Positions 1 to 12,499 of a stretch of 64,000 nt of DNA are shown piece after piece. The stretch is from Azolla caroliniana (Eukaryota > Plantae > Polypodiophyta). The first letter of the stretch is position 1; every line of letters begins with the position of its first letter. The stretch is taken from positions 23,126,001 to 23,190,000 of the forward strand of contig JBHGNT010000004.1 in NCBI GenBank assembly GCA_043228905.1, in the 5' to 3' direction. A model generated the notes under the pieces. It had not been told where the DNA came from. It ran no database searches and saw nothing but the letters and a program-made list of their open reading frames with translations. Both the position numbers and the translations under genes were made by a program.

Positions 1-140
1 CCAATCACATAACTTGGTTAAGGAGTGGTGGAGTGTTGAGGGATGGGACCTAAGGAAGAATGCACCAGATCAATGGTAGCTTGATGGTAGGTCAATTTTT
101 TGTAATGTTGTTCATAACTAATAAAAGGATATTTTTTCGG

Positions 141-167
141 AAAAAAAAAAAAAAAAAAAAAAAAAAA
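141..167 (+). repeat. poly(A) tract (A27)
   Basis: Run of 27 A, with AATAAA at about 120-125. No TSD found. Confidence 0.9.
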
Positions 168-2185
168 CTTGCCTCAAACCCGAGGCTAACTATCCTTCTT
201 CGTTTATTCATTTATTTATCATAAATTAGAATTCCTATTTGGATCTAAAGTTAATGTCCATAACTATTCCTCTCCTAATTGTGTGTTGATATGATGTATG
301 TGCGCCTCATCTACATTAATATGATGCATGTGCTCATCTTCACATGAATGGAACCACGTTTGTTCACGTACGCATGGATACAAATAAATGTTTTCTCTCT
401 TCAAATCACAAGTTATACTGAGATAGGACATTTATCTCATACATATGGACATGATGTTAGTTCTTCTTAGGTATCTAAACAACCTAGACGTTTTATTTGT
501 TGTCATATGCCACCTAATTAGACAATAATAGAGTGTGTGTTCTTCTTTAATACCTTTTCTTCTCATGGATAATGTTTGCTCTCTTGTGACCTTAATAATA
601 CCCAAATGGAATGGTCGTTCTCTTCATATGCATAATTACATAAGGTTGTCAAGATTATCTCCTCGTATACCCCATGGTACCAATTTTTGTTCTCCTCATT
701 GGCCTAGTCATACCATATAATGATTGCTCTATTGATATACATATCAAGATACAATGTTCATTCTCTTAATATATTTGGTGATATCACGATACAACGAGGT
801 ATATCTATTCTCTTTATACACTTGGTGAAATCTTGATACAATGTCAATTCTCCTCACAAGATACAAGGCCCTATAATGCTCATTCTCCTTGGGTAGCTAG
901 TGACAAAATTATGTCTTTACCATAACACATGAATACAATGTCTAGATACATGAACCTCATTGGAAGATATTATTTGTAACTCAAGTTTCCTTTTCAACTA
1001 GTGTTTTGTGAGCAACGATATATTTTTCGTGGACATTGGTTATAGAAAATGTTGTTACCTTTACAAAAGACACAATACGCTCATGTGCTTCTAGTTAAAG
1101 CCAAGCTTGAAATACCCATACCTATTTTGAGGGTCCATTTGGTTAAATGAAATCAGCCTTATTGTACTTTGCAACTTAGCATAGGCAACTAGTTTGGAAA
1201 ACTTGAACCAACCTCATAACTTGTCACCAATTTACAACATCATTACTTTGTGTAAATGTTATCCTCTTAGTTATGCTTGACTTGAAGGTTGGATCAACAT
1301 CGTGGATCAGAGACACGTGCATTACAAACTTGATTCTCCTACATAAAGGGTTTCTCACAAGCTCACAGATTGAACAACTAAAATATTGAATGGGGTTTAG
1401 AAACCAATAGCATGTATTGTTAGGCAAGGGTGCTCAAATGTAGATATCCTAGTGCCTATATTGAATGAAAAACTCAAGCAATATGTTTTAGTCTTGGACC
1501 CTAAGGTTGTGGGGTATGAATGGCCAAACCAAACTCCATAACATCAATGTTAAGAGGATGACCATAGAGACAATGCTAAGGCGGGTGACTTCTTAGGACG
1601 CTTGTTCCCAAACATACTCTAGCTATCTTGATGCATCCCACTATCAATCACAAATTAAACAATCTCAAAAAGTTCACTACTTATTAGCATTCCCCCTCAT
1701 CTCTTAATAATCTTTCCTTGCCAATCCTAAACTTCATTGAAAGTGAGCTTAGATTATTATCACAATCATCGAGTTAGGAATTGAAACATATTTTGATATC
1801 CATTTTTGAAGGACAAACTTCCATAACAAGTGAACAAATCATATTTACATGCATTACATTAATATGCTCAAGTTTTATTGGCAATAAATTTCCAATAATT
1901 AGAATGCCCTTTTGAGGAACTCCTTATTTAGACAAGAAAAGGTCATTGTGAATGGTTCAATTATAAACCTTATGTCACACTAAATATAGACAAAAGCTAT
2001 TCTAGTATCAATCAAGACAATTTCATTTGTTTCTTTAATAAAAATGGATATACCACTAAAAACGCAAGGGATGCAAAGCATGGTATATGCATGCTATGTT
2101 GTCAAAACCATGTAATCAGTCCATACTAGTGCAACCTTTATCATGATAGAAAGTTTGTTGGTGGTAAGCACGTGTATTATATATA

Positions 2186-3105
2186 CAGTAGACATTCGGT
2201 TAAGTGTGTGCCCACTTAAGTGCACCATTATATTAAGTGCGCTTTTTATAGAGGTCAAAATTCAGATAAAAAATTTTACATTGTTTCATGACGAAATTAC
2301 ATTAAACCATATTGAAACTATGTTCCAAACATTCAGAAAACAACAAAAGGAGTTTCCATGTGTATGTGTATGTGTATGTGCGTCATGTGTTCTACGTGTG
2401 TGTGTGTGTGTGTGTGTTTACAATTACGAGTCTGTGATTTAGATTCTTGATTAAAGAAAATAAGCAAAGAAGGGCAAACAATATCACGTGCACGATCTGG
2501 TTCGATCATTGTTGGATTACACTTTAATTCAACCTTTTCACTATATTCGTCACCTCTGCAGGAGCCTTCATCATCGTAGATTCCAACTGAGTAAGCGATT
2601 CATTCTGGAATTTTCTTTCTATCTCTATGGCTAGAGCAACCCCTTTCAGCTTTTTAACTCTACTATGCATCTTGTTTATTCTCAAAGATGACAGAAGTTG
2701 CAGCTTGTGATTTGTCCGTTGCTCCCCCTCTGTCTTTTGCTATCTCCTCCATCTATACTTCGATTTCTCAAACTTGCCGCTAGTAGGAGGAAAACACAAG
2801 AAAAAATCTCATTGCATCCAAGGAAGTTCATTAGGTTTGTTGCATAATGGATGTATTCCTCATACGTAGCAAAAAGGCAAAAGTTGAAAGTAATCTAGAA
2901 TCGAGAAAGAAACCAAAGAGTATGTATGCTGAAACCAGAAACACTTCAAGTAAATTATATCACGTAAATTGATCACTTTTCTTATCAAGAATTATATGAT
3001 TAGAGCACAGAAGGAAAATATTTCAAAAAACCCTAAAAATTTCCACGAAACCCTAAAATGTTTTAGAAAACCCTTAAGTGCACACTTTGAACCGAATTTC
3101 TATTG
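2186..3105. mobile_element. Non-autonomous Tc1/mariner(pogo)-like DNA transposon
   Basis: Imperfect terminal inverted repeats: CAGTAGACATTCGGTTAAGTGTG at the left end and CAATAGAAATTCGGTTCAAAGTGTG as the reverse complement of the right end. Both ends are flanked by TA. No transposase ORF. Confidence 0.6.
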
Positions 3106-3683
3106 TATCCAAAATAGTTAAAAGAAACATATATTATATTATAGGGACATCTATGTATGCCAACACCGCTTTGTCCTCTCTCTCTCTCTAAAATGGCAAG
3201 GGTTCATAATTAGTAGAGGCGCTAACAATGAGGTGACTAGATGCTAAATGTCAAATTTGGAGTATTACGTTCCAAATGTTGGCCCTAATGCAAGGCCAAC
3301 ATGCTTTAACGTATCAAATCACGTGTTGTTATCCCCATAAGAATTTAGATCATATCCAAGGCCTCATCACCCAAGTATGAAGATATGCAAGATTTTCAAT
3401 GAAAACATAAAGGAGGATGAATATCACTTATTGTATGATCAATATATAACACAATTCACAATAAGTATGATGACTTTTTTGTTAGACATGCATGATAATT
3501 GAAGTGTCATACTCAAAACTCCACCAAGAAGGGTGAGCACATATGTGCGTTCATTATTTTCACATAAAGAGTTTTTCCTACAAAGTAGGAACCCCTTCCT
3601 TTGCAGTAATCCCCTTCTTAAGTAGGAGTCACATACAAAATCTTATGTTTATTTGGTCCCATAGGGCAATAAAAAATTGTTCT

Positions 3684-3726
3684 ACACACACACACACACA
3701 CTCTCTCTCTCTCTCTCTCTCTCTCT
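3684..3726. repeat. (CA)n(CT)n compound microsatellite
   Basis: Read directly. The same compound type recurs at about 4079-4110 and 4407-4440. Confidence 0.95.
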
Positions 3727-3955
3727 AGTTCTACCAACAATAGACACAATAAATTGCCACACTCATCTCCTTCTCCCTACTTAGTTTTCTTACTAAATAA
3801 TCCATATACAAAACCTATTACCACAAATGGAATATGCTAATGTAGTGGAGAATGTATTGACCATCACCACATGATACATATTAGACTCGTTCCCTTCCCT
3901 AAACACACACAAACACATTTTTCTTCATCTAACAACCATTCTTCACACACACACA

Positions 3956-4495
3956 TCTAGTTGTTTGATACATGCATCTAGTTTTCCAAGATGGACTTGC
4001 TTAGGTTCACAATGTATGCATGTAAATGGGATATTTATATGTGTCTCTTTATTCAAATTCTATTTAACAACCATGCATCACACACACACACACACTCTCT
4101 CTCTCTCTCTCACCAACACTATTTGGTCTATGCATTGATGAACTGGAAGAAATGGTTATCAAGTTGTTTGATACGTGCATCTACTTTTCCAAGATGGACT
4201 TGCTTAGGTTCACAATGTATACATGTAAATGGGATATTTATATGTGTCTCTTTATTCAAATTCTATTTAACAACCATTCTTCATATAGTTGTTTGATACA
4301 TGCATCTAGTTTTCCAAGATGGACTTGCTTAGGTTCACAATGTATGCATGTAAATGGGATATTTATATGTGTCTCTTTATTCAAATTCTATTTAACAACC
4401 ATTCTTCACACACACACACACACACACACTCTCTCTCTCTCACCAACACTATTTGGTCTATGCATTGATGAATTGGAAGAAATGGTTATCAAGTT
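3956..4495 (+). repeat. Complex tandem duplication: three copies of a ~120-bp unit plus a duplicated LINE 5' junction
   Basis: The unit agttgtttgatacatgcatctagttttccaagatggac...ctatttaacaaccat occurs three times. The segment caccaacactatttggtctatgcattgatgaa occurs at both 4111 and 4441. Confidence 0.9.
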
Positions 4496-5846
4496 TGCAA
4501 AGGAAGAATGTGTTGAAGAAGTTGCCATTGGGAATGTTTTGATTATGCTTTTGCTATATGCGGATGATGTAGTGTTTTTTGCAAATACTTTAGGAGATGC
4601 ACAAAAGCTTATGAAGACATTGGAAATTTTTTGCATGCATACTAAATTAAGTGTCAATAGCTCTAAAACAAAGATTATGCTTGTGAAGAGCCAAAAAAGA
4701 GATAAACCATGCATTATGTACAACAATGAGCCACTTGAAGGTGTGGAAAGCTTCAAATATCTTGGCCATGAAGTTGCTTCAAATCATAGATGGAATGAAT
4801 GTGCTACATGCCACTTAGAGGCGGGTAAACAAGCATATTATGCATTTGAGAACACATGCAACCTTAGAGATATTAAGTGTTGGGTCCTCAAGAAATATCT
4901 TTTTGACACTTTGGTGACATCGGTTTTTCTTAATGGGGTAGAAGTATGGGGTGGTAGCATCCCTAAATCTACATGGAAAGAGTTTGAAAATGTCCAAAAA
5001 CATTTGATTACAAAGTTTCTACAAGTTAAGAAACAAACGCCCTACACCCTTCTCCTCCGTGAGACGGGATCGCTCCCCATTGAGATGATGGGCATGAAAA
5101 GGGTTGTTGAATACATGCTTAAGGTTCAAAGAAGTCTCTCACATCGACTTCCTAGAATTGCATGGGAAGCAAGCAAAAAGATCCAAAAGATGCATAAAAG
5201 AAATTTTTTGTGTATGCAAGATATAGAAAAATGGTTTGGTAGATGGGATGTGAGACACTTGCTTCATGATGCATCACTAGATTCCTTTATAAATGAGGCA
5301 TTTTTGCAACGCCAATGTATCATGACATGGGACAAATGTGGAGGCTCGCGCTTCACACATTACACTACACATGTTTCACCTAACTACAAAACCATATTCT
5401 TTGCGGAATGGGGAAACCGTACAAATCGATACATGTTAGAACCCATCCTGTTATCTGCCATTCAAACCATTGCTTCCATGCGACTTAACTCACATACATT
5501 GCGATGTGAGACAGGGCGTTGGGGCACAAGTGATGAGAGTGGTTGATTATGCACACTCTTCCCTAAACAAGTTCGAGAGTCTGAGTATCACACTTTGATA
5601 CAATGCTCTGCCTTTGATCATCTTCGACCATGCTTTCCACATCTCTTCGACCGAGTCCAATCCTTGCACAAATTTCTCTCACAACCACAATGTGCACTCT
5701 CGATTGCAATATTCATTGGTAAAGTTCTTGAACATTGAGAGTCACTACTCACTTTCACACGTATCACGTGAAATGTAATATTTTTTATCTCATAAGTGAT
5801 ATTTGACCTCCGAAGACGATAATATAATCTATCTATCTATCTATCT
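4432..5846 (+). mobile_element. 5'-truncated non-LTR retrotransposon (LINE; RT with C-terminal ETGRW/CCHC region, RTEX-like)
   Basis: ORF carries LSPTLF...LLYADDVV...KTKIM...FKYLG and LRCETGRW. After the TGA at 5544-5546 it continues LCTLFPKQVRESEYHTLIQC (degenerate zinc knuckle). (TATC)n tail at about 5828-5846. The clade assignment is inference. Confidence 0.85.
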
Positions 5847-5888
5847 CTAAGGTAATTCATGAAAAATATGGTGACTTGTTAAAAGGGC

Positions 5889-6625
5889 ATGATAATGTGA
5901 GTGTCATACTCAAATTTCCACTAAGAAGGGTGAGCACATATGTGTGTGCATTATTTTCACATTGAGAGTTTTTACTATAGAGTGTGGTAACCTCCCTTCT
6001 TAGGAAGGAGTCACATACAAGATGATATTTTGATTTGGTCCCATAGGTAAAAATTGGCCTCATCATAGACCATACATATTCCTTTCTATTGTTCGTTCTC
6101 ATTTTGCTATTGAATTCACAATTCTTTTCTCTAGCCTTTGTATCACATTGGTAAATTGTAATTCGTTGTCCACTTTCTTGTAGTTGTTCTTCAATAACAA
6201 TGAGGAATTTAGCCATTCATCTTTCATGGTAACGTTTACTCTTTCAAATAAGTTTAATTGATGTGTACAACTCTCGTATATGTGCTCGTGCATTATTTTC
6301 ACGTTGAGAGTTTTTACTACATAGTAGTAATCCCCCTTCTTAGGGAGGAGTTACATACAAGATGATATGTTGATTTGGTCTCATAGGTCAAATTTGGCCT
6401 CATAATAGACCATAAAATTTCTATTCTATTGTCCTTTCTCGTCTTGCTATTGAATTCACATATTCTTTTTTATAGCCATTGTATCACATAGGTAAATTGT
6501 TACTCATTGTCCACTTTCTTGTCACTGTATTCATGTTGTAAGACTCTTCAATAACAATGGGGAGTTTAGCCATTTGTCTTTCATGATAACCTTTTCTCTT
6601 TCAAATAAGTTTACTTGATGTGTAC
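5889..6625 (+). repeat. Diverged tandem duplication, ~342-bp period, with a third partial copy at ~3490-3665
   Basis: gtgcattattttcac..gagagtttttacta..ggagt(c/t)acatacaagatgat..ttggtc..ataggt starts at 5946 and 6288. A related sequence lies at 3490-3665. Confidence 0.85.
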
Positions 6626-7738
6626 CATCGGTACTCGTTAGAGAGGCAGGTCCCAAATATTATGTTAATTTAAATTAGTCTTCTGGTACTTACCATCCAA
6701 CTTAGGTAGCATGTAAAATTTGATATTCGCCATTTTCTTTAAGATTCAACGTGCACAATGAGAAGTGTAGCGTGAAGCTTCAAATTGAATCATACATTGC
6801 TATCCAATTTCATAACTCAATATTTAGTGTACATCATTGCTCTCATTCTAAGAACTTCGATTTCCCTAAATTTGGAAGGCCTTTTTTAGTAGGACAAGTT
6901 TAGGGGTAGGGGGTTAATTTTTAAAGATTGTGTTGAAGGATTCAAATGATCAACATGTGGTATTGTACCAAGAGAGAATGACAATCATGTTTCACATGGA
7001 CAAATTCGTATCCATTCCAAAATCTTTTTATTTGAGGCATGTGGACGATATGCTTAAAGGTAAGGGAATCAACAAGTTATTAGCTATATACCATTTTCTT
7101 GAAAAAGTCACTAAACCATTTTGAATAACGTCAAGATTTTATCCTAAACTTTAGAGTTTGCTAATGTGTATGTTGATGTTTGGAATCTTACATTAACATT
7201 TAACTAGTGAAGTTGCATTATATGAGCGCCATTACTTAATGACTTTACTACGTGATGTTATAAATACGCTACGATTGAAATAACGCTTCGTAAAGTTAAG
7301 AGTTTAATTGCACACAATCTAGGAATGTACGTATGCAAGTCACAACATTGTGGATCATTAATATTCCAATTATTTTACATTGAATATACCCATAAACCTT
7401 ACATAGGACGTTTTAAAGAAAATGTATTGAATTGCATATCTAAACTAGAACAAAAGTAAAGAGATGATTTTTTATATATTGAAGATATATATTTCAATAT
7501 TGTATAGCAAATTCAAACCTTCTTGCTTTTGTTTTATTTTAACTTTCTTTGTCAAATTCACTACCATATTATGGGTTACAATCAAGCACCTAAGCATTAT
7601 ATAATTATACATGTTGATATTGTTATTGTAACATCATAAATTTAAACCTGTGTTTAAAACCCCATCGTGACATCTCTTATATCAACTGTACAAAGGGTAC
7701 CTTGTGGCCTACTTGTGAGTATATTCCAAATACATGTG

Positions 7739-7924
7739 AATGCCATCTGTAGATTGTAAACACCCTATGTGGAATAGTTAAAAGGAAAACAAAAACATTT
7801 AATACAACATTACATTGATAGACTTACCTTAAATGCCATCTATAACCACTCTATGCGGAATAGTTGTTAAAATGAAAACAAAAACATTTAATTCAACATT
7901 ACATTGATAGACTTACCTTAAATG
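7739..7924 (+). repeat. Tandem duplication, ~92 bp x2
   Basis: gaaaacaaaaacatttaat.caacattacattgatagacttaccttaaatg occurs twice. Confidence 0.9.
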
Positions 7925-8469
7925 TTGATCGTTCGTAAATCAAAAGTACAACAACATTAGGAAATCCCAAAAGAAATATTACCAACCAAGCCTTTGCATT
8001 CCTCAACCATAATGTGCATAATGTGTCCACTCAAGCTAAACTTATTTTTCATTACTTTAATCTCTCGTACTCTACGTAAAAGGGTTAACTATTGTAAAAA
8101 CTAATTTGATCTTGCTTTCCACCCTTAAGGATATCAAGCTTGAAATTTCGAGTCTTGGAATGGAATTTTGTTGGCTTAAGGAGTTTACAACAAGCCCATG
8201 TCTTTATATTGATGGAATTAGGCCTCCACGCTAATATCATTATTTAAAGAGTCTCGAATGACGTATAACCTATTCTTAGTTGGTTGAGAGAGCGTGATCG
8301 GTAAGCCTAGGCTTGCACACACGAGATTGTAAGTTTGGGATTGCATGTTGGTGGCCAACACCAACATGTGATAGTCGCAAAAGAAGTTGTGTTTGTAGAA
8401 ACTATTGCCTTGAATTGGGGATCAACCAATGGGCTTCCCTTCCTCCCTTCTACTTTTGTTGCATCATGA

Positions 8470-8893
8470 GCAATGGGGAAGCACCTATCTCTCTCTTCAT
8501 GGCCTTCTCTGCTATTCCTTGCCAGCACCACACACTCGGTCACACGTTTCGTCCTCGTTGCGTGGGGTTTCCAAGAGGGGGAACTTCATGCAAATATGAT
8601 CGAATAAAGCAATGGGGAAGCACCTATCTCTCTCTTCCTGGCCTTCTCTGCTATTCCTTGCCAGCACCACACACTCGGTCACACGTTTCATCCTCGTTGC
8701 GTGGGGTTTCCAAGAGGGGGAACTTCATGCAAATATGATCGAATAAAGCAATGGGGAAGCACCTATCTCTCTCTTCCTGGCCTTCTCTGCTATTCCTTGC
8801 CAACACCACACACTCGGTCACACGTTTCGTCCTCGTTGCGTGGGGTTTCCAAGAGGGGGAACTTCATGCAAATATGATCGAATAAAGCAATGG
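8470..8893 (+). repeat. Tandem repeat, 139 bp x3, near identical
   Basis: gcaatgg(ggaagcacc...) starts at 8470, 8609 and 8748, with a partial restart at 8887. Confidence 0.97.
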
Positions 8894-9373
8894 TTATTCA
8901 AGTAATATCCAAATCCTAATTAGGTAAAGCAATGGTTGTTTGGATAATGTCCAATGCCCGATCGGGTAAAGGGCAACACATGAACCTTTGGGTAATAGTG
9001 CCCAAGCCTTTGGGGTAATGCAATGCTTGGAGACACTTGGTCCTTCCGGTAATGGATCTACCCAAGTGTCGTTGTACTTTGGGAAATCCTCTACAACCAT
9101 CTCTCTAGTGGATATTGGGTTTCTTGTGTGGCGTGTGAGAGTGAGTATTGAGCCACTTTGCCTTCTCCATCTTCTCACTTCGGTTGGGAGAGGAGGTCTT
9201 ATTCTAGGTTCAATGGGTTTTGAAGTTGGAGTTGTCTTGGGAGAACTTCTTCTTCGTGGACTTTAAGGTTTGGGCGTTGGGTGTGAGAATGGATATTGGC
9301 CATTTCTCCTTCTCTTTCCCTGGTTTTTAGGGTTACTTGTGTGGGGTGAAACTTGAATTGTTAAAGAAAGATG

Positions 9374-9872
9374 AAACCAATTTGTTTAAACCAAACCATT
9401 TAAGAAAAAGTTTAAACCAAACCAAATCATTTGAATACAAATCTAAACCAAACCGAACTATTTTAAACACAAAATTAAGCCAAACCATTTAAGTCAAATC
9501 AAATAAACAAAAATATTTAAATTACAATAGCATTATATTAAGAAAACATTTAAGTTAAATTAATTAAATAATATTAAACATAAATACCATTAACTTAATT
9601 AAAATATTAAACCATTAAACCATTAAAGAAATTTAAAAAAATAATTAAAAACTGTAAATTATTAAACCGCGCCATTTAAACTCATAAACTTGCCATTTAA
9701 ACTCATAAACCTTAGTTTCAAAATGAAACCAAACCATTTACTCATAATTGAAACCAAACTAAGCCATGTAATAATACTTGAAAACCAAACTAAATCATTC
9801 AATTATTTTCAAGCCTATAAGCCATTAAACCATGGCTTACCGGTTCGGTTCGGTTCGAACCGAACCAAGGCC
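9374..9872. mobile_element. AT-rich MITE-like remnant with AAACC/AACCG subterminal repeats
   Basis: Dense aaaccaaacc motifs ending in cggttcggttcggttcgaaccgaacc. It resembles the interior of the MITE at 61045. No matching TIR pair or TSD found. Confidence 0.45.
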
Positions 9873-11151
9873 CATAATTATAAGAGATGAAGAAAAGCGG
9901 CATTCAAAGAGGAGGATCAGGGTTCAAATGAGGGAGTGGAAATCTATGATGACTAAAGGCGACACGATCATCATTCATGAAATTAGGCTACCGAATCTCG
10001 AGGACCTTCATCCTAATTATTTCCCCTTTTCTACTTGTAAATGCCAATCTTATTCACCTTATATTACAAGGGATTTCTTGTTATAGTCAAACTTGTGTTG
10101 TTCTCAATCTAGTGTTTGTTGTACAAATATATGTTAATCGTAATATTTGTTGAACTCGCCGTGTCTCGGTGTCGGGCATGAGTGAATAGGAAGTGGTCAA
10201 TCTGCACACCCACCCATTCGTTGTGCACACACCCTTGGAATGCTTGGACACCCGTAGTACCCCTCAACGACCCAAGCAACCCTTCAAATAGTCTTGTTTG
10301 AGTAGCACATGCACATGCATTTACATCAAAATGCATTCCAATTACCTTGTTATGCGCCATATCATGATCAGGAGATAAAGATGATTGACGAAATGTAGTA
10401 GAAGATGGTGGTAAATGGGTGGGCAATGATCTTGATGTGAAAGAATCAGAGTGGGAAGTCGAATGAAAGGGGGTGTTTGTGTGGATTAGGCTTGAACATG
10501 GGATGTGTGGTTTTGGTGTTTTTTTGCTCACTTAGCGTTATGGGCAAGGAGGGAATAGAGGTGAGAGATGAAGACAATGAGGTGAAATATGAGGGGAATT
10601 CTGCAAGAAATTCTTATGGTGGAGGGATGAAAATGAGAGGTTAGGAGAGTATAATGAGGTGGGGAAGGAGAAAGAATGAGACAAGCTAGTGGGATTGTTT
10701 GGGATGAAGTTGTTTGGGGTGGGGGGTGGGCAACTAGCAAGTACAAATTGGGAGGCCAAAGAGTGGAGTTGACAAAGGAAGATGACAAGGAGTTGGACTC
10801 CTTCACTTTGACATGCATAGCCAGGTGCGTGGGTGGAATAAGCAAAAAATACCATGCTTGATAAATACATCACTATAATGGTGAAAGTGATGTGTAGGAA
10901 CACCATCCTAATGAGTAACCATAATGGGATCAATTGTGTGAAGAAACCCTCTACCTTTGGCAATTGGTCTTGGGCAATTTGTCTGGTGCGTCATTAACAT
11001 AGAGTAGAGAAAAAGCTAACTACTAATTTGTACCTAGAACAATTGTAATGAATTTTGATTGCACTAGCAGTAATGAAATGTCTTCATCATAAAAAACTTG
11101 TTTGGTGTCAAATGAGCTCTACAAGGCTCATATTGTCTTTTATAGGATTAC

Positions 11152-11518
11152 TGTTGAGCAGACAAGCTCAACCGGATCCGGATCGGTGTCCGGAACCAGG
11201 AGGCGGATCGTAACCAGTAGGCCGTTAGAGGCCTACAAATCTAGCATAGTACGTAGGCATATATTTGGGAGTCAGTGTCTAATGCTCAATACGAGCATTA
11301 AAGTACTTGTCATTCCTTTACGAACTTGTATAAATAGTGCTTTTAAGCACAATTGTATGTACAAAGTGTTTGTATGATTTTTTGAATATAGACGTTTTAC
11401 TGTTCTGCTCTAACTCTCTCTCCCGCGTACTCAAGCTTTCCATTAAACCTTCATCACTGTGTTACTATGTTATCTGGTTGAGCCGGTTTGTCTATGCTTC
11501 CGCACACTATCGTTTTCA
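11152..11518 (+). mobile_element. Solo LTR
   Basis: TG...CA ends with a perfect 5-bp TSD ATTAC (11147-11151 and 11519-11523). TATAAATA at about 11330. Confidence 0.85.
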
Positions 11519-11719
11519 ATTACTCATGGAGTTGAACTTGAAGTTCGCAACTCTGTTAGGTAGGAAGATGCATTGAAGTACACAATCAATGATTCAGAAA
11601 TGCCTTTGGGTATTGAATTGGACGAGTTTTCAACCCAACATTCTCTAAATCGTGCAATGTTCCCATGTAGAATCTTCATGAAACACATTCACGTTCACAA
11701 GAGGAAGGATCGTGCATTC

Positions 11720-12181
11720 TGTTACCGGCTGGCAAGAAGGCTTAAGGAGGTCCAAACCAGAGTGGGAAAAGGAATAGTTTATTCGGGAATTGTTGTAATT
11801 AGTAGTCTTAAAATATATAGTAATATATGAGTAGATGTGGACGGACGGACCAGAATCGGTATGTTGATCCGGATCCGGACCGAATCCGAAAAGGTGCCGG
11901 TTGGCACCATTTTGTATTTCACACTGGGGACTTATATAAAGGCCTAATTACAATGTAATCGGGAACGGATAATTAATAGAGCTTATTGTCTTAATCTTCC
12001 AGTGTTGATTATCGTTCTGTATTCATTGTTATACCTTACGCGTGTTAATTACGGATTGCTAAGTAACCAATTAAGGTCTAATTAAACGTTGTGCCATAAG
12101 TCATTCTGCCGTACCACCCTTTGGTGAAGTGTCTTAAGTGGACACCCTGTGTTAAGCTGTTGTCCGGCCCTAGGATTAACA
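11720..12181 (+). mobile_element. 5' LTR of Gypsy-1
   Basis: TGTTA...TAACA ends, a TATA box near 11933, and a PBS just downstream. The start is uncertain because no partner LTR is in the window (alternative TG at 11836). Confidence 0.6.
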
Positions 12182-12188
12182 CAGTTTT

Positions 12189-12198
12189 TGGTGACCAC
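12189..12198 (+). promoter_or_regulatory. Primer-binding site of Gypsy-1 (tRNA-Arg-like)
   Basis: TGGTGACCAC is one C>T change from TGGCGACCAC, the complement of the plant tRNA-Arg(UCG) 3' end (recalled sequence). Confidence 0.5.
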
Positions 12199-12499
12199 GA
12201 TTCCTGCAGTGAACAACGGTAGGAATGGATGACTAGGCCAACAGACGACCCGGTTACTGAGAGAACACAAAGACTTGTTGAACGGAGAAGGCGACGAGAG
12301 GCTTTCCAGCAAGCAGCGGAAGAAATCCGAACAGATCGATCATTTTCCAAAGTGATCCGGAAGGTGGCGGAGGAGTCGCTCCGTCTGCAACAAAACGCCT
12401 ACCCGGACGAAGGAAGCAGCTTAAGCAGTCTTCGGGAAGCGAAATCCCTTCTCTAGGCCTGGGCCGGAAGAGACGGCGAATCTGAAGCATTTTCAACGC

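Noticed and set aside
640-1620. Possible ancient Gypsy gag/protease remnant (VMLD-like motif near 1270)
   Set aside because: Too degenerate to support by eye.
4152-4431. N-terminal part of the 464-aa ORF as real protein
   Set aside because: It reads through duplicated flank and microsatellite (HTHTHT). Only the part from LSPTLF onward is LINE-derived.
8470-8893. Tandem repeats (also 50751-51410) as CRISPR-like arrays
   Set aside because: Units are contiguous with no unique spacers, the context is eukaryotic, and there are no cas genes.
8000-10960. Short minus-strand ORFs as a host or transposon gene
   Set aside because: No recognisable domain or consistent exon structure.
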